Shown here piece after piece: positions 54,815 to 64,000 of a DNA stretch of 64,000 nucleotides (position 1 is its first letter; each line of letters opens with the position of its first letter). The notes below the pieces were generated by a model, which was not told where the DNA came from, did no database searches, and saw nothing but the letters and a program-made list of their open reading frames with translations. The stretch is from an uncultured Desulfobacter sp. (GTDB taxonomy: Bacteria; Desulfobacterota; Desulfobacteria; Desulfobacterales; Desulfobacteraceae): positions 896,001-960,000 of the forward strand of contig OY762069.1 in the NCBI GenBank assembly GCA_963665095.1, given 5' to 3'. Made by a program: the position numbers and the translations under genes.

Positions 54815-55645
54815 CATTGAATAATGCGCCGGGGGAAGCGGGGTTGACCTGCTTCCCCTTTCTGTATTATTCAAGCTTTCCTGCTCATGCCTTAAAAAAC
54901 CCAATAAAATCAGTCGGAGCGCAGCGACATCTGCTAATCATTGAAAATACAGTTATGCCTTTCCCTGATTTATCCTGATTGTCGCTCCATTGATTATCGT
55001 GCTTCCTCTCAGCAGAGATGTATGCCCTGGAATTGCCCCACCTATACCCTCTGCCGTCAGAACCCTATGATATCGGTGTGGTAAAGCAGGTACGGGCTTC
55101 AAGACAGTACAGGGTAGTCATCGATACAAATGCTTACACAGTACCCGCCCAGCTGGCAGGGGTGGCTTTGACTGCCAAGCTTTACCCTGATCGGATCTGC
55201 TTTTACCATGAAGACAAGTTGGTTGCCCGCCATGTCAGATCCTATGGCCGCAAAAACGACCTTGAAGATCCTGATCACTCTAAAATCCTTTTGAGCCAGC
55301 GCAAAAAGGCCAGAGACCAGGCAATTTATATGCGTTTTTTAAGCCTCTCTGACAAGGCCCGGGAGTATTACAGGCAATTGCAGAACAGGCGGCTTAACGC
55401 CTCCCATCATGTACGGCAAATCGTGGCCTTGAGTGAAATCTACTCCCGGGAACAAGTTGCCATGGCCATTGAAGATGCCTTTAAGTTCTCTGCATTCTCA
55501 TGTGAATACATCGCCAACCTCCTTGAGCAGCGGGTTCGGTCTCCCCAGGAGCCCGGAGCCCTGCATGTTACACATAAAGCAGATTTACTGAACCTGACAA
55601 TCCAGGAGCCTGATCTTAATATTTATACCGCCATAGGAGATAAAA

Positions 55646-56380
55646 ATGCCTGATCTTGAGAAATGCCTGTCCCACTTAAAACTACCTTATATCAGGGAAA
55701 ACTATGAGTCAGTGGCTACCCTGGCTGCCCAGAAGCAATGGAGCCACGTTCAATATCTATCAGAGCTTGCCAGGCATGAATCACTACTGCGCCATGATAA
55801 AACCATCCAGCGCCGTATCCGTATGGCCAAGTTCCCGGTAATCAAAACCCTGGACCAGTTCAACTGGTCATGGCCCAGAAAAATCAATCAGGCTCAGATC
55901 CAGAATCTGTTCAGACTCAAGTTCATTGAAGAAAAGGGTAACATTATCGTGATCGGCCCGGTCGGTGTTGGGAAAACACATATTGCGACTGCTTTAGGTT
56001 ACCAGGCCTGCCTGAAAAACCATACGGTTCTGTTCTCTTCTGCCATTGATATCGTCAACAATCTGGTGGCAGCCCAGAAGGCGGGTCAGTTAAAGCAGGA
56101 ACTGAGAAAATACCTCAAGCCAACTTTGTTGATCATGGATGAACTGGGCTACCTGCCCATTGACAAGATTGGGGCAGACCTGTTGTTCCAAATTATCAGT
56201 CAGCGCTATGAGCAAGGAGCCATCATAATAACCACAAACCGGGTGTTCAAAGATTGGCCGGAGATCTTCAACAATGACATGACATTAACATCAGCTTTGC
56301 TGGACAGGCTTCTTCACCACACCGAGCCTGTGGTCATTGAGGGTAAGAGTTTTAGAATGAAAGATGTGACGGAAGAATAA
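55646..56380 (+). CDS. istB: IS21 helper ATPase
   Basis: GPVGVGKTH, IMDELGYLP, LLDRLLHH. Confidence 0.93.
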   Translation: MPDLEKCLSHLKLPYIRENYESVATLAAQKQWSHVQYLSELARHESLLRHDKTIQRRIRMAKFPVIKTLDQFNWSWPRKINQAQIQNLFRLKFIEEKGNIIVIGPVGVGKTHIATALGYQACLKNHTVLFSSAIDIVNNLVAAQKAGQLKQELRKYLKPTLLIMDELGYLPIDKIGADLLFQIISQRYEQGAIIITTNRVFKDWPEIFNNDMTLTSALLDRLLHHTEPVVIEGKSFRMKDVTEE

Positions 56381-56654
56381 CAAAGCCGAGGCCGGTCTAC
56401 ATGCATCTGGAGGCCGGCCCTTTAATCGCCTACATTTTTAAACCGGGAGATTTATGACATGTTCACGCCCCGCCTGACAATTATTGCTGAAACAACCGGA
56501 CGGCCCCGCAAGGCTTAGTCTTAGAAATGCTTGAGCCGTATGACGGGAAACTGTCACGTACGGTTCTGAGGGGGCCTGGGGTAGATAACTACCCCCGGCT
56601 ACCCGATCCTAAAAACACCATTGACAATAGTATCAATATTAGTATCATATAGAC

Positions 56655-56915
56655 ATGGGCCAAATAGAAAAGCTATTAAATGAAATTTCCAATAATCCAG
56701 CCAATGTAAAATTTACAGATCTATGCAGGGTCTGTGAACATTATTTTGGAAAGGCTCGTCAATCTGGTAGCAGTCATCGAATATATAAAACCCCGTGGCA
56801 AGGTGACCCTCGGGTAAATATTCAGAACAACAAGGGAAAAGCAAAAGCCTATCAAGTTAAGCAAGTGATCAAGGCTATTGAAAGATTGGAGGTAGGAAGT
56901 GACACTACAAAATGA
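56655..56915 (+). CDS. Cassette: HicA-like toxin
   Basis: GSSHRIYKTPWQGDPRVNIQ, KAYQVKQV. Confidence 0.85.
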   Translation: MGQIEKLLNEISNNPANVKFTDLCRVCEHYFGKARQSGSSHRIYKTPWQGDPRVNIQNNKGKAKAYQVKQVIKAIERLEVGSDTTK

Positions 56916-57228
56916 TCATTATACATATAGGGTTACTTGGTCTCCCGAGGACGAAGAATATATCGGCTTATGCGTGGAATTCCCAAGTTTAAGCTGGCTG
57001 GCCAAATCTCCTGAGTCTGCATTAAAAGGTATTCGTAAGACGGTAGAGTCGGTCATTCAAGACATGAAAGACAATGATGAAAAAATTCCCCAACCAATCG
57101 CTTCAAAAAATTATAGTGGTAAATTTATGGTTCGTGTTCCACCCGAAGTTCATAGAAGTTTAGCGATCCAAGCAGCAGAATCAGGGGTAAGTATAAATAG
57201 GCTCGTTAGTTCTCGTCTCAGTCAATAA
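56899..57228 (+). CDS. Cassette: HicB-family antitoxin
   Basis: YRVTWS.ED.EY, YSGKFMVRVPPEVH, GVSINRL. Confidence 0.88.
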   Translation: MTLQNDHYTYRVTWSPEDEEYIGLCVEFPSLSWLAKSPESALKGIRKTVESVIQDMKDNDEKIPQPIASKNYSGKFMVRVPPEVHRSLAIQAAESGVSINRLVSSRLSQ

Positions 57229-57462
57229 TATTGGCACAATAGGGATAGGACTCCCCATTACTGAGGAGCCCTCCTACACCACCCGGCATACGGATCTCGT
57301 ACCAAGGCGGTTCGGCTGGTATGAATTAAATCAGTTGTAGGTTATCCCACCGATTTTATCGGGTTTTGGGCAAAGTCTTGCTATAGAAATTTCGGCCACT
57401 GCCGCATTATTCGTAAGCGTTTAAAGGACCCCATCTACAAATCATTAAAATGACATGAGAAG

Positions 57463-57825
57463 ATGAGCCAACTTTTAATGGAGGCCCATCATATGTCAGA
57501 AACAGAGAAGAAAAACCAAAAACTAACCCAGTTCTGGAAGTACCACATTAAACAATGGTCTGAATCGGGTATGTCCCAAAATGCATACTGCAGGCAAAAT
57601 GATTTAAGACCCAATCAATTTACATACTGGAAAATGAAATTCAAAAGCCAGGCACTTGTTCCAGAATTCGTCCAGGTCCCTTCAACGCAGATCAGCCAGG
57701 CGCTAAGCCTTTCTGAACGAAAAGGCTTAGCGTTGAATACAGATAACGGATTTCAGATCGAAATACCGGATGGCTTTTCCCAAACAACCCTGGCCCAGGT
57801 GCTTCAAGTATTGAGGCGGTGCTGA
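57463..57825 (+). CDS. tnpA: IS66 accessory protein TnpA
   Basis: WSESGMSQNAYC...FTYW. Confidence 0.85.
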   Translation: MSQLLMEAHHMSETEKKNQKLTQFWKYHIKQWSESGMSQNAYCRQNDLRPNQFTYWKMKFKSQALVPEFVQVPSTQISQALSLSERKGLALNTDNGFQIEIPDGFSQTTLAQVLQVLRRC

Positions 57826-58178
57826 TGTTTTCTTCCACCCAGAATTTAAAAATTCATATCGCACTTGGAAACACTGATATGCGCAAGGCCATTGATGGGC
57901 TATCCATACTTGTGAGCGAAAAATTAAATTTGGATCCATTTTCGGGACACATGTTTGTATTCTGTAACCGGAAACGGAATATATTGAAAATCCTGTATTG
58001 GGATCGCAATGGATTCTGTCTTTGGCACAAGCGCTTGGAAAAGGATTATTTCCAATGGCCCAAGTCAAAAGAACAGATTTTGACCATCGGAGCAAAAGAG
58101 CTTTCCTGGCTGATGGACGGACTTTCTATTCGTCAGGAAAAAGCACATAAATCATTAAAATATTCGGCTGTTTTTTGA
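57819..58178 (+). CDS. tnpB: IS66 accessory protein TnpB
   Basis: TDMRKAIDGL, KILYWDRNGF, KRLE. Confidence 0.92.
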   Translation: MLMFSSTQNLKIHIALGNTDMRKAIDGLSILVSEKLNLDPFSGHMFVFCNRKRNILKILYWDRNGFCLWHKRLEKDYFQWPKSKEQILTIGAKELSWLMDGLSIRQEKAHKSLKYSAVF

Positions 58179-58223
58179 TCATAAAAACTGGTGAAAACCG
58201 CGTGGTTATGGTATATACAACGC

Positions 58224-59816
58224 ATGAATAAAGAGGCTTTTGCAGACATAAATGACGTTGAGAAATTAAAAGAAATGATGGCTTGTTTTGTCAATGATTT
58301 TTCAGATAGAGAGCACAATTATAAAGCCGAAATCAAAATTCTCAACGAACAGATTAAAAGCCTTCGGGACCAACTTTTTGGTAAAAAGACAGAAAAAATC
58401 CATAAGGATGACGGTCAACTATCCCTTTTCGATACTTTTGAGCCGGAAACTCCCATATTGGACGAACCCGAAGATATCAGCGTGCCTGCCCATAATCGAA
58501 AGAAGCCAGGGTGCAGGCCTTTGCCTGAAAACCTTCCACGGGTTGAAGTGATCCACGATCTGACCGAGGAAGAAAAAATATGTGCCTGTGGCTGCATGAA
58601 ATCCCGTTGCGGCAAAGAAGAATCTGAACAGCTTGAAATTATTCCGGCACAAGTGAGAGTAATCAGAAACATTCGTTATAAATACGCTTGCAAAAACTGC
58701 GAAGGTGTTGACGATGATGGGCCAACAGTGTCCATTGCCAGAATGCCGGAACAAATGATCCCCAAGAGCATCGCAACCCCAGGGCTTTTGGCCCATATCC
58801 TGACAGCCAAATTTGCAGATGCTTTACCCTTCTACCGGCAGGAAAAACAGTTTAACCGAATTGGAGTAGACATCCACAGGTCCAATATGTGCAATTGGGC
58901 TATGAAAGTGGCCCAGGCCTGTGAGATCCTGCTGGAATATATGAGGGATGAAATCCTTAAAGGCCCAGTGATAAATATTGACGAAACAACAGTCCAGGTT
59001 CTTAAAGAACCCAAACGGTCAAAATGCTATATGTGGGTGTTCAAAGGAGGGGCACCGGATAATCCCATTATTCTGTTCCAGTATCACGCAACTCGATCCG
59101 GGGATGTTGCCCGGAATTTTTTGAACGATTATCAAGGTATTGTCCAGACGGATGGCTATGCTGGCTATGACTTTCTTGATCATATCGTGGGAATTATTCA
59201 TATTGCGTGTTGGGTACACGCACGTCGAAAGTTCATGGCTGTGTCCAAAGCTGCCGGAAATAAAAATGGCAACCCGACGGGAATCGCAGGCAAAGCCCTG
59301 AAGTACATCAGCAAGTTATATAAAATAGAGAAAGAGGCCAAAGAACTTGGTTTGTCTGCTGAGGGACTTTACCGGAAAAGACAGGAACTATCCTTGCCTA
59401 TCCTTGATGAATTTAAAAAATGGTTGGATGCTCAAGTTGAAAAGGTACCGCCCAAAAGTCTTCTTGGTAAAGCCATTAACTACACCCTTAATCAATGGCA
59501 TAGATTGGTTCTGTATACGGCAAGTGGTCTGGTAATGCCGGATAATAATGTAGTCGAAAATGCCATAAGACCCTTTGTGGTGGGCAGAAAAAATTGGTTG
59601 TTTTCATGTACACCTGCGGGCGCCGATGCCAGTGCCTGCATTTACAGCCTGATCGAAACAGCCAAGGCCAATGGACTTGAACCTTACTGGTACCTCAAAT
59701 TTCTCTTTGAAAATTTACCGGAAGCCATGACAGAGGACGAATTCAAAGCCTTGATGCCACAAAACGTAGATAAACATTTGCTGGAATCCAACTATACAAC
59801 ACCCCGTCAGGCTTAA
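58224..59816 (+). CDS. tnpC: IS66 transposase TnpC
   Basis: LPFYRQ, IDETT, TDGYAGY, CWVHARRKF, DNNVVENAIR. Confidence 0.93.
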   Translation: MNKEAFADINDVEKLKEMMACFVNDFSDREHNYKAEIKILNEQIKSLRDQLFGKKTEKIHKDDGQLSLFDTFEPETPILDEPEDISVPAHNRKKPGCRPLPENLPRVEVIHDLTEEEKICACGCMKSRCGKEESEQLEIIPAQVRVIRNIRYKYACKNCEGVDDDGPTVSIARMPEQMIPKSIATPGLLAHILTAKFADALPFYRQEKQFNRIGVDIHRSNMCNWAMKVAQACEILLEYMRDEILKGPVINIDETTVQVLKEPKRSKCYMWVFKGGAPDNPIILFQYHATRSGDVARNFLNDYQGIVQTDGYAGYDFLDHIVGIIHIACWVHARRKFMAVSKAAGNKNGNPTGIAGKALKYISKLYKIEKEAKELGLSAEGLYRKRQELSLPILDEFKKWLDAQVEKVPPKSLLGKAINYTLNQWHRLVLYTASGLVMPDNNVVENAIRPFVVGRKNWLFSCTPAGADASACIYSLIETAKANGLEPYWYLKFLFENLPEAMTEDEFKALMPQNVDKHLLESNYTTPRQA

Positions 59817-60383
59817 AAAGGTGCGGTTGATACACCGCTTACCATTATTCCCATAAAATCCTTCTACTTACTCACCACAACCATTTACCCAAGCCATTCG
59901 GCCCGGGTACCGTTCAGGCCTTCATCGGGGTGAGGCCTCCGGGTGTACTTCTCCCATGCCAGGGAGGCCCGGCTCGTTTCCTCCGACTACTATGCCCTCT
60001 GCTGACTTCTCCCATGCGGTCAGGACCAGTTACCCGGCCCTCAGCCAATCCGGCACATGGGAGATCTCCCGGGGTAAACACGTGTCTTTCAGTACGTGAA
60101 TGCCGGATTTACGGACATACCCTGTAATGGATAGAGGACTTCACCTTGTTGTGCAGGCTCGTCCCGGTATGTGCGCCTTATATCCGATTCCTGTACGTCA
60201 CCCCGTACCTTCGTGGTACCTTGCCTCAGCAAGGCGGCTTCCTCCCGAAGCACCGTCACCGATACCCCGTTGCACTACCACTACGCCCTTCGCCTCCATC
60301 CGGCTGGGCCTAAGACTTGTCAAATGCTTTAAAATTCATTACATTTGACTCACTTTTAAGCTCACGTGCCGTGCCCGGCACAC

Positions 60384-60508
60384 ACAAATCGCTGGAGAGG
60401 GACCAGGCTTACTGCGCGGCCTTTCGGGAGGGCCTGGTTCAGGAAATTTTATCTTTTTATCGGGAGTTTTTGGGTTTAAAAGCCTGGCCCCTCAGCTCCC
60501 CGTTAACT
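60384..60508 (+). repeat. attC body (long host type)
   Basis: Near-identical to 29066-29190; ends GTTAACT. Confidence 0.85.
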
Positions 60509-60557
60509 CCCCTAAAAAAAACTTGCTCCCAAATCGGAAACGTCTTATATTGATTTT

Positions 60558-60851
60558 ATGAGAGTGATCTCCAGAAAAATGATAAAAGAATTTTGGGAAA
60601 TCCATCCTGATGCAGAACAGCAGCTTCGAGCATGGTATACGAAAACCAAATTGGCCAAGTGGAAGTCACCTTCTGATATTAAAAATGATTACAGAAATGC
60701 GAGTTTTGTCGCTAATAATCGTGTGGTTTTTAATATCAAGGGGAATAATTATCGGTTAATTTCGGCTATCAATTACGAGTTCGGTATTGTTTACATTCGT
60801 TTTGTTGGCACTCACAAGGAATATGATAAAATTGATGCAACATTAATATGA
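60558..60851 (+). CDS. higB: Cassette: HigB toxin
   Basis: MRVIS, RVVFNIKGNNYRLI, FVGTHKEYD. Confidence 0.9.
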   Translation: MRVISRKMIKEFWEIHPDAEQQLRAWYTKTKLAKWKSPSDIKNDYRNASFVANNRVVFNIKGNNYRLISAINYEFGIVYIRFVGTHKEYDKIDATLI

Positions 60852-60860
60852 GGGCAAACA

Positions 60861-61232
60861 ATGGAAATAAAACCAATTAAAACTGAAAACGACTATCTTA
60901 ACGCATTAAATGAAATTGAAAAAATAATTGATGCAAAGAAAGACACTCCTGAAGGGGATAAACTCGACATCTTGGTTACGCTTGTTGAAGCATATGAAGA
61001 AAATAACTATCCGATTCTCCCTCCTGATCCGGTAGAGGCAATTATACATCAAATGGAAAGCCAGGGGCTATCACGAAAAGATCTTGAGCCTTTAATCGGA
61101 TCAAGAGCCAGAGTGTCTGAAATTTTAAATAGAAAAAGATCCTTGTCGCTCAACATGATAAGAAAACTGCAAAAAGGACTAGGGATATCAGCAGAAATAC
61201 TGGTCACGCCTTATCAACTTGAAGCTTCATGA
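60861..61232 (+). CDS. higA: Cassette: HigA antitoxin
   Basis: IKPIKTENDY, PDPVEAI, SRARVSEILNRKRSLSLNMIR. Confidence 0.9.
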   Translation: MEIKPIKTENDYLNALNEIEKIIDAKKDTPEGDKLDILVTLVEAYEENNYPILPPDPVEAIIHQMESQGLSRKDLEPLIGSRARVSEILNRKRSLSLNMIRKLQKGLGISAEILVTPYQLEAS

Positions 61233-62289
61233 TTTTGAAAAATATGAATTAACACTTAGAAGGTCCCTAATTGTCAATAAATAAAATAATCGTGTCGAAA
61301 TCAAAGGGCTGCCTTTCTTTCTTTACCTTCACGTTCAAGGTGTTCCCTGTTTTTTGAACCCGGTACTGACTTGTATTTCATATCCGGAGACAGAAAAATT
61401 CTGCACCAAACACTTATTGAGGATCAACCACCGGTGGTCAAAGGGTTGCCATTGAATAATTTCAACGGTCCTTTGCCTGGCAGCTGCAGCAGTTCCAAAT
61501 TTGCTGCGTCCTAGAAACTGTAATGTTCCCTTATGCCGTCCTATTCAAAACCGGCCTGGTCATAAAAAATATGCCAGAGTTAGTTGCGGGATCGGGGGAG
61601 GAGCAGAACCTGATCAAAAAAACTATGGGTATAAGAGCCCGGCGGATGTCCAATCAAAACAGTTGGCTGTGGTAATGGCAGAGTATGGACAGTGAACATG
61701 CTCAAAGCATATAGGGTTTGTCCCCTGTATAACCATACCGGCTGCACGAACAATAACGCCAGTTAGGCTCTCGGGATCATCCGCCGCCTCTTTAGCCGAC
61801 GGCTAAAAATGCTTTCATATCAAAAACCTTTCTGGTTTTCAGCATATGATAAACGGCCCGGCCAAGTTTGTGGGCCAGGATGGACAGTGCTTTTCCCTTG
61901 CCATGTTTATTGCACAGTTTGTTGTAATATTTTTGCCCGGGTTCATTGCCCTTGAGGAACAGTTGTGCGGCTTGGGAAAAAGACCAACGCAAATGTGCAT
62001 TACCGATTTTCTTCCCGGAAGAACCATATTTTTTGCCGTTGGATTCTTTGGCGCATTTAACAAGCCTGGAGTATGAACCAAAATTCTGGACTCTGGGGAA
62101 TCGACTGATAACATTCTCCCTGTTTTTAGGCCTGTTGGAAATCCGTCCCAAAGTCTCCTGCAAATTATACTGGCTGGCTGTATTTTGAGCATGGGTAAAA
62201 AGCTCTGCACGTTTTCGCATAAAGTAGTTTCTTCTACGCATTAAATCCCTGGTTGAGCGCATGTGGGAAGGATAGGCGTATGCGGTAGG

Positions 62290-63813
62290 TATAATGGACC
62301 CCGAAATTTGAACCAGTTGCTAAGGTACATATGAGGTGATAAAAACCCGGTTCAAATTTGTACCGAAAAAGGAGGTCCATGAGAAAAAATTATACCGGAA
62401 AGTTCAAAGCTAAAGTTGTAGTTGATGTGATTCGAGAAAATGAAACTCTTGCGGAGTTGTCATCCAAATACCAGGTTCATCGAACTATGTTAAACAGATG
62501 GAAGAAAGAAGCGATAGAGGGTCTTCCGACGTTGTTTTCATCAGCGAAAAAGAAAAGCCCAAATGATACTCAGAATCTAATAGACGAATTATATAAGAAA
62601 ATCGGTCAGCTCGAAGTTGAGAATGACTGGTTAAAAAAAAAGGTTAATACAATCAATCTCTGACAGAAGGGGGTTGATAGATAAACAACATCCTTCCATC
62701 AGCATTAACCGGCAGTGTGAACTGCTTCAGGTTTCAAAAGGGGCGTTGTATTACAGGCCGGTAGCCATAAGCCCGTATACATTAACCCTTATGGATCTGC
62801 TTGATGAGCAGCATACCAAAACCCCCTTTTATGGAAGCCGTAGGCTTACAGCCTGGCTGAACAATATGGGGTATCCGGTAAGCAGGAAACGAGTACAGCG
62901 CCTGATGAAGCTGATGAGAATAGAAGCGATTTACCCAGGACCTAAAACAACAAGGAGGGATGAAAGCCATAAAGTTTACCCCTATTTGCTGAAAAATGCC
63001 GTAATTGACAGGCCAGATCAGGTATGGAGTACAGATATCACATACATTAGAATTGGAAACGGATTTATGTACTTATTGGCGGTTATGGATTGGTTTAGCA
63101 GATATGTCCTTTCATGGCGCCTCAGTAACACCCTTGAGAATACATTTTGTATTGAGGCCCTTGAGGAGGCATTGATTGTATCGACACCTGAGATTTTCAA
63201 CACTGACCAGGGTAGTCAGTTCACTTCATTAAAATTTTTGAAGATACTCCAGGCTAAAAACATCAAAATCAGCATGGATTCAAAGGGCAGAGCCTTGGAC
63301 AACGTTTTTGTGGAACGGCTGTGGAGAACGATTAAATACGAAGAAGTCTATTTGAAGGACTACAGAACGGTAAGAGAGGCTCAGCAATCGTTAAAAGCGT
63401 TTATCGGGTTTTATAATCGGGAGAGACTTCATTCAGCCCTGGGGTATAAGGTGCCGTTTTCGGTCTATCGAGCGGCTTAAAGGAAAGGCCTGATGCCTCC
63501 GGCGGCCCTACGGGGTATTGATTTCGCGCTAAGGCGCGAGGATTTAACGCATTAAGGACAAAAACATGGGGGAAGGACAGCATACATTAAACGTATACTG
63601 CCCCCATGTCTTCGTCGCCAGCCACGGCGCTCAGGTTGCTTCCCAGCATTGCCCTATCCTCCGGGTTGGCGGCGGGAGGATAACATAGCGGTATTAAATA
63701 TCAAGAAAAATATGCCGGAAAAGAGGGTCTTTAACAGGCTGATTCGAAATTAGAAACAGAGAAAATGTAGCTTAAAAAACGTTAAAATCGGTCTTGACAT
63801 GGGGTCCACTTCA
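62290..63813 (+). mobile_element. IS3-family element
   Basis: IRs TATAATGGACCCC / GGGGTCCACTTCA, AGG duplication. Confidence 0.85.
62379..63480 (+). CDS. IS3 transposase OrfA (62379-62663) / OrfB, with a probable -1 frameshift at A9G (~62633-62642)
   Basis: OrfA HTH; OrfB WSTDITY, TDQGSQF, DNVFVERLWRTIKYE. Confidence 0.9.
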
Positions 63814-64000
63814 AGGAATTAATTTGCCCCGGAGCAAAGAGGCTATTTTAAGAGAATCAATCTTGTCATTTTTGCTTTTGCCGCCATGAATGGCACGCAT
63901 ATACAGCGCATGTCCCAAGATGAAAGGAATTTTTTCTTCAGCACACAAGTCTGCCAGGAGTTTAGGAGATAAGTCTCTCGGGATCGCTGAACGCCTTTAT

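Larger units (their letters stand above)
51471..55011 (+). mobile_element. DDE integrase + ExeA-type ATPase transposon
   Basis: TGAGA...TCTCA ends flanked by a GCA duplication. Confidence 0.8.
50634..55653 (+). pseudogene. istA: IstA transposase split by a nested transposon (50634-51470 + 55015-55653)
   Basis: QVDWG, DNLKSAV, EKGRVE; removing the insert and one GCA restores the frame HGETGQKPA|EMYALE. Confidence 0.88.
49584..56479 (+). mobile_element. IS21-family element with two extra upstream ORFs
   Basis: TGTCAGG...CCTGACA ends, ATTAT 5-bp target duplication, istA/istB. Confidence 0.88.
48709..56607 (+). mobile_element. Group II intron (second lineage), RT deleted, interrupted by IS21
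   Basis: 5' GTGCG region near-identical to the 46207 copy; domain V/VI at ~56533-56607. Confidence 0.85.
57413..59842 (+). mobile_element. IS66-family element
   Basis: GTAAGCG...CGCTTAC ends, 8-bp duplication CATTATTC; the empty site is visible in the copy near 48127. Confidence 0.93.
57239..60383 (-). mobile_element. ORF-less group IIC-attC intron inserted at GCACA|AC, interrupted by IS66
   Basis: Ends match the other two copies; attC resumes at 60384-60508. Confidence 0.88.
61256..64000 (-). mobile_element. IS110-family element next to the attC inverse core AATTAAC; transposase internally deleted and split by IS3
   Basis: 63814-64000 encodes GHALYMRAIHGGKSKNDKIDS; 61792-62289 encodes RDLMRRR and ESNGK..KIGNAHLRW..LAHKL; left boundary approximate. 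Confidence 0.75.

Overview
Bacterial chromosomal window, probably a Desulfobacteraceae-like sulfate reducer (inferred from gene content only). It has two parts. (1) 1-14.1 kb is a methylamine/betaine metabolism region. It carries a complete pyrrolysine system in the order pylT-pylSn-pylB-pylC-pylD-pylSc, a GcvT-family dimethylglycine/sarcosine dehydrogenase, an amber-interrupted (Pyl-type) MttB, a GntR regulator, a non-Pyl MttB and a DUF1638-hydantoinase fusion. (2) 14.2-64 kb is a chromosomal integron: intI, attI and about 17 cassettes (HNH, KAP NTPase, GIY-YIG, Fic, ClbS-like, VOC proteins, five TA modules and a 5.4-kb CheB/CheR + hybrid kinase cassette with non-canonical GAT/ATC cores). Its attC sites are heavily parasitised. 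Three different group II intron lineages each hit a different fixed position of attC, and an IS110 sits next to an attC inverse core. Most notably, two-gene tyrosine recombinase + IS91-like HUH transposase elements insert at the attC AAC core in inverted orientation and bring their own attC-like hairpin. IS21, a DDE/ExeA transposon, IS66 and IS3 are nested inside these parasites. Coordinates were read by eye and family assignments rest on motif recognition; no database searches were run.
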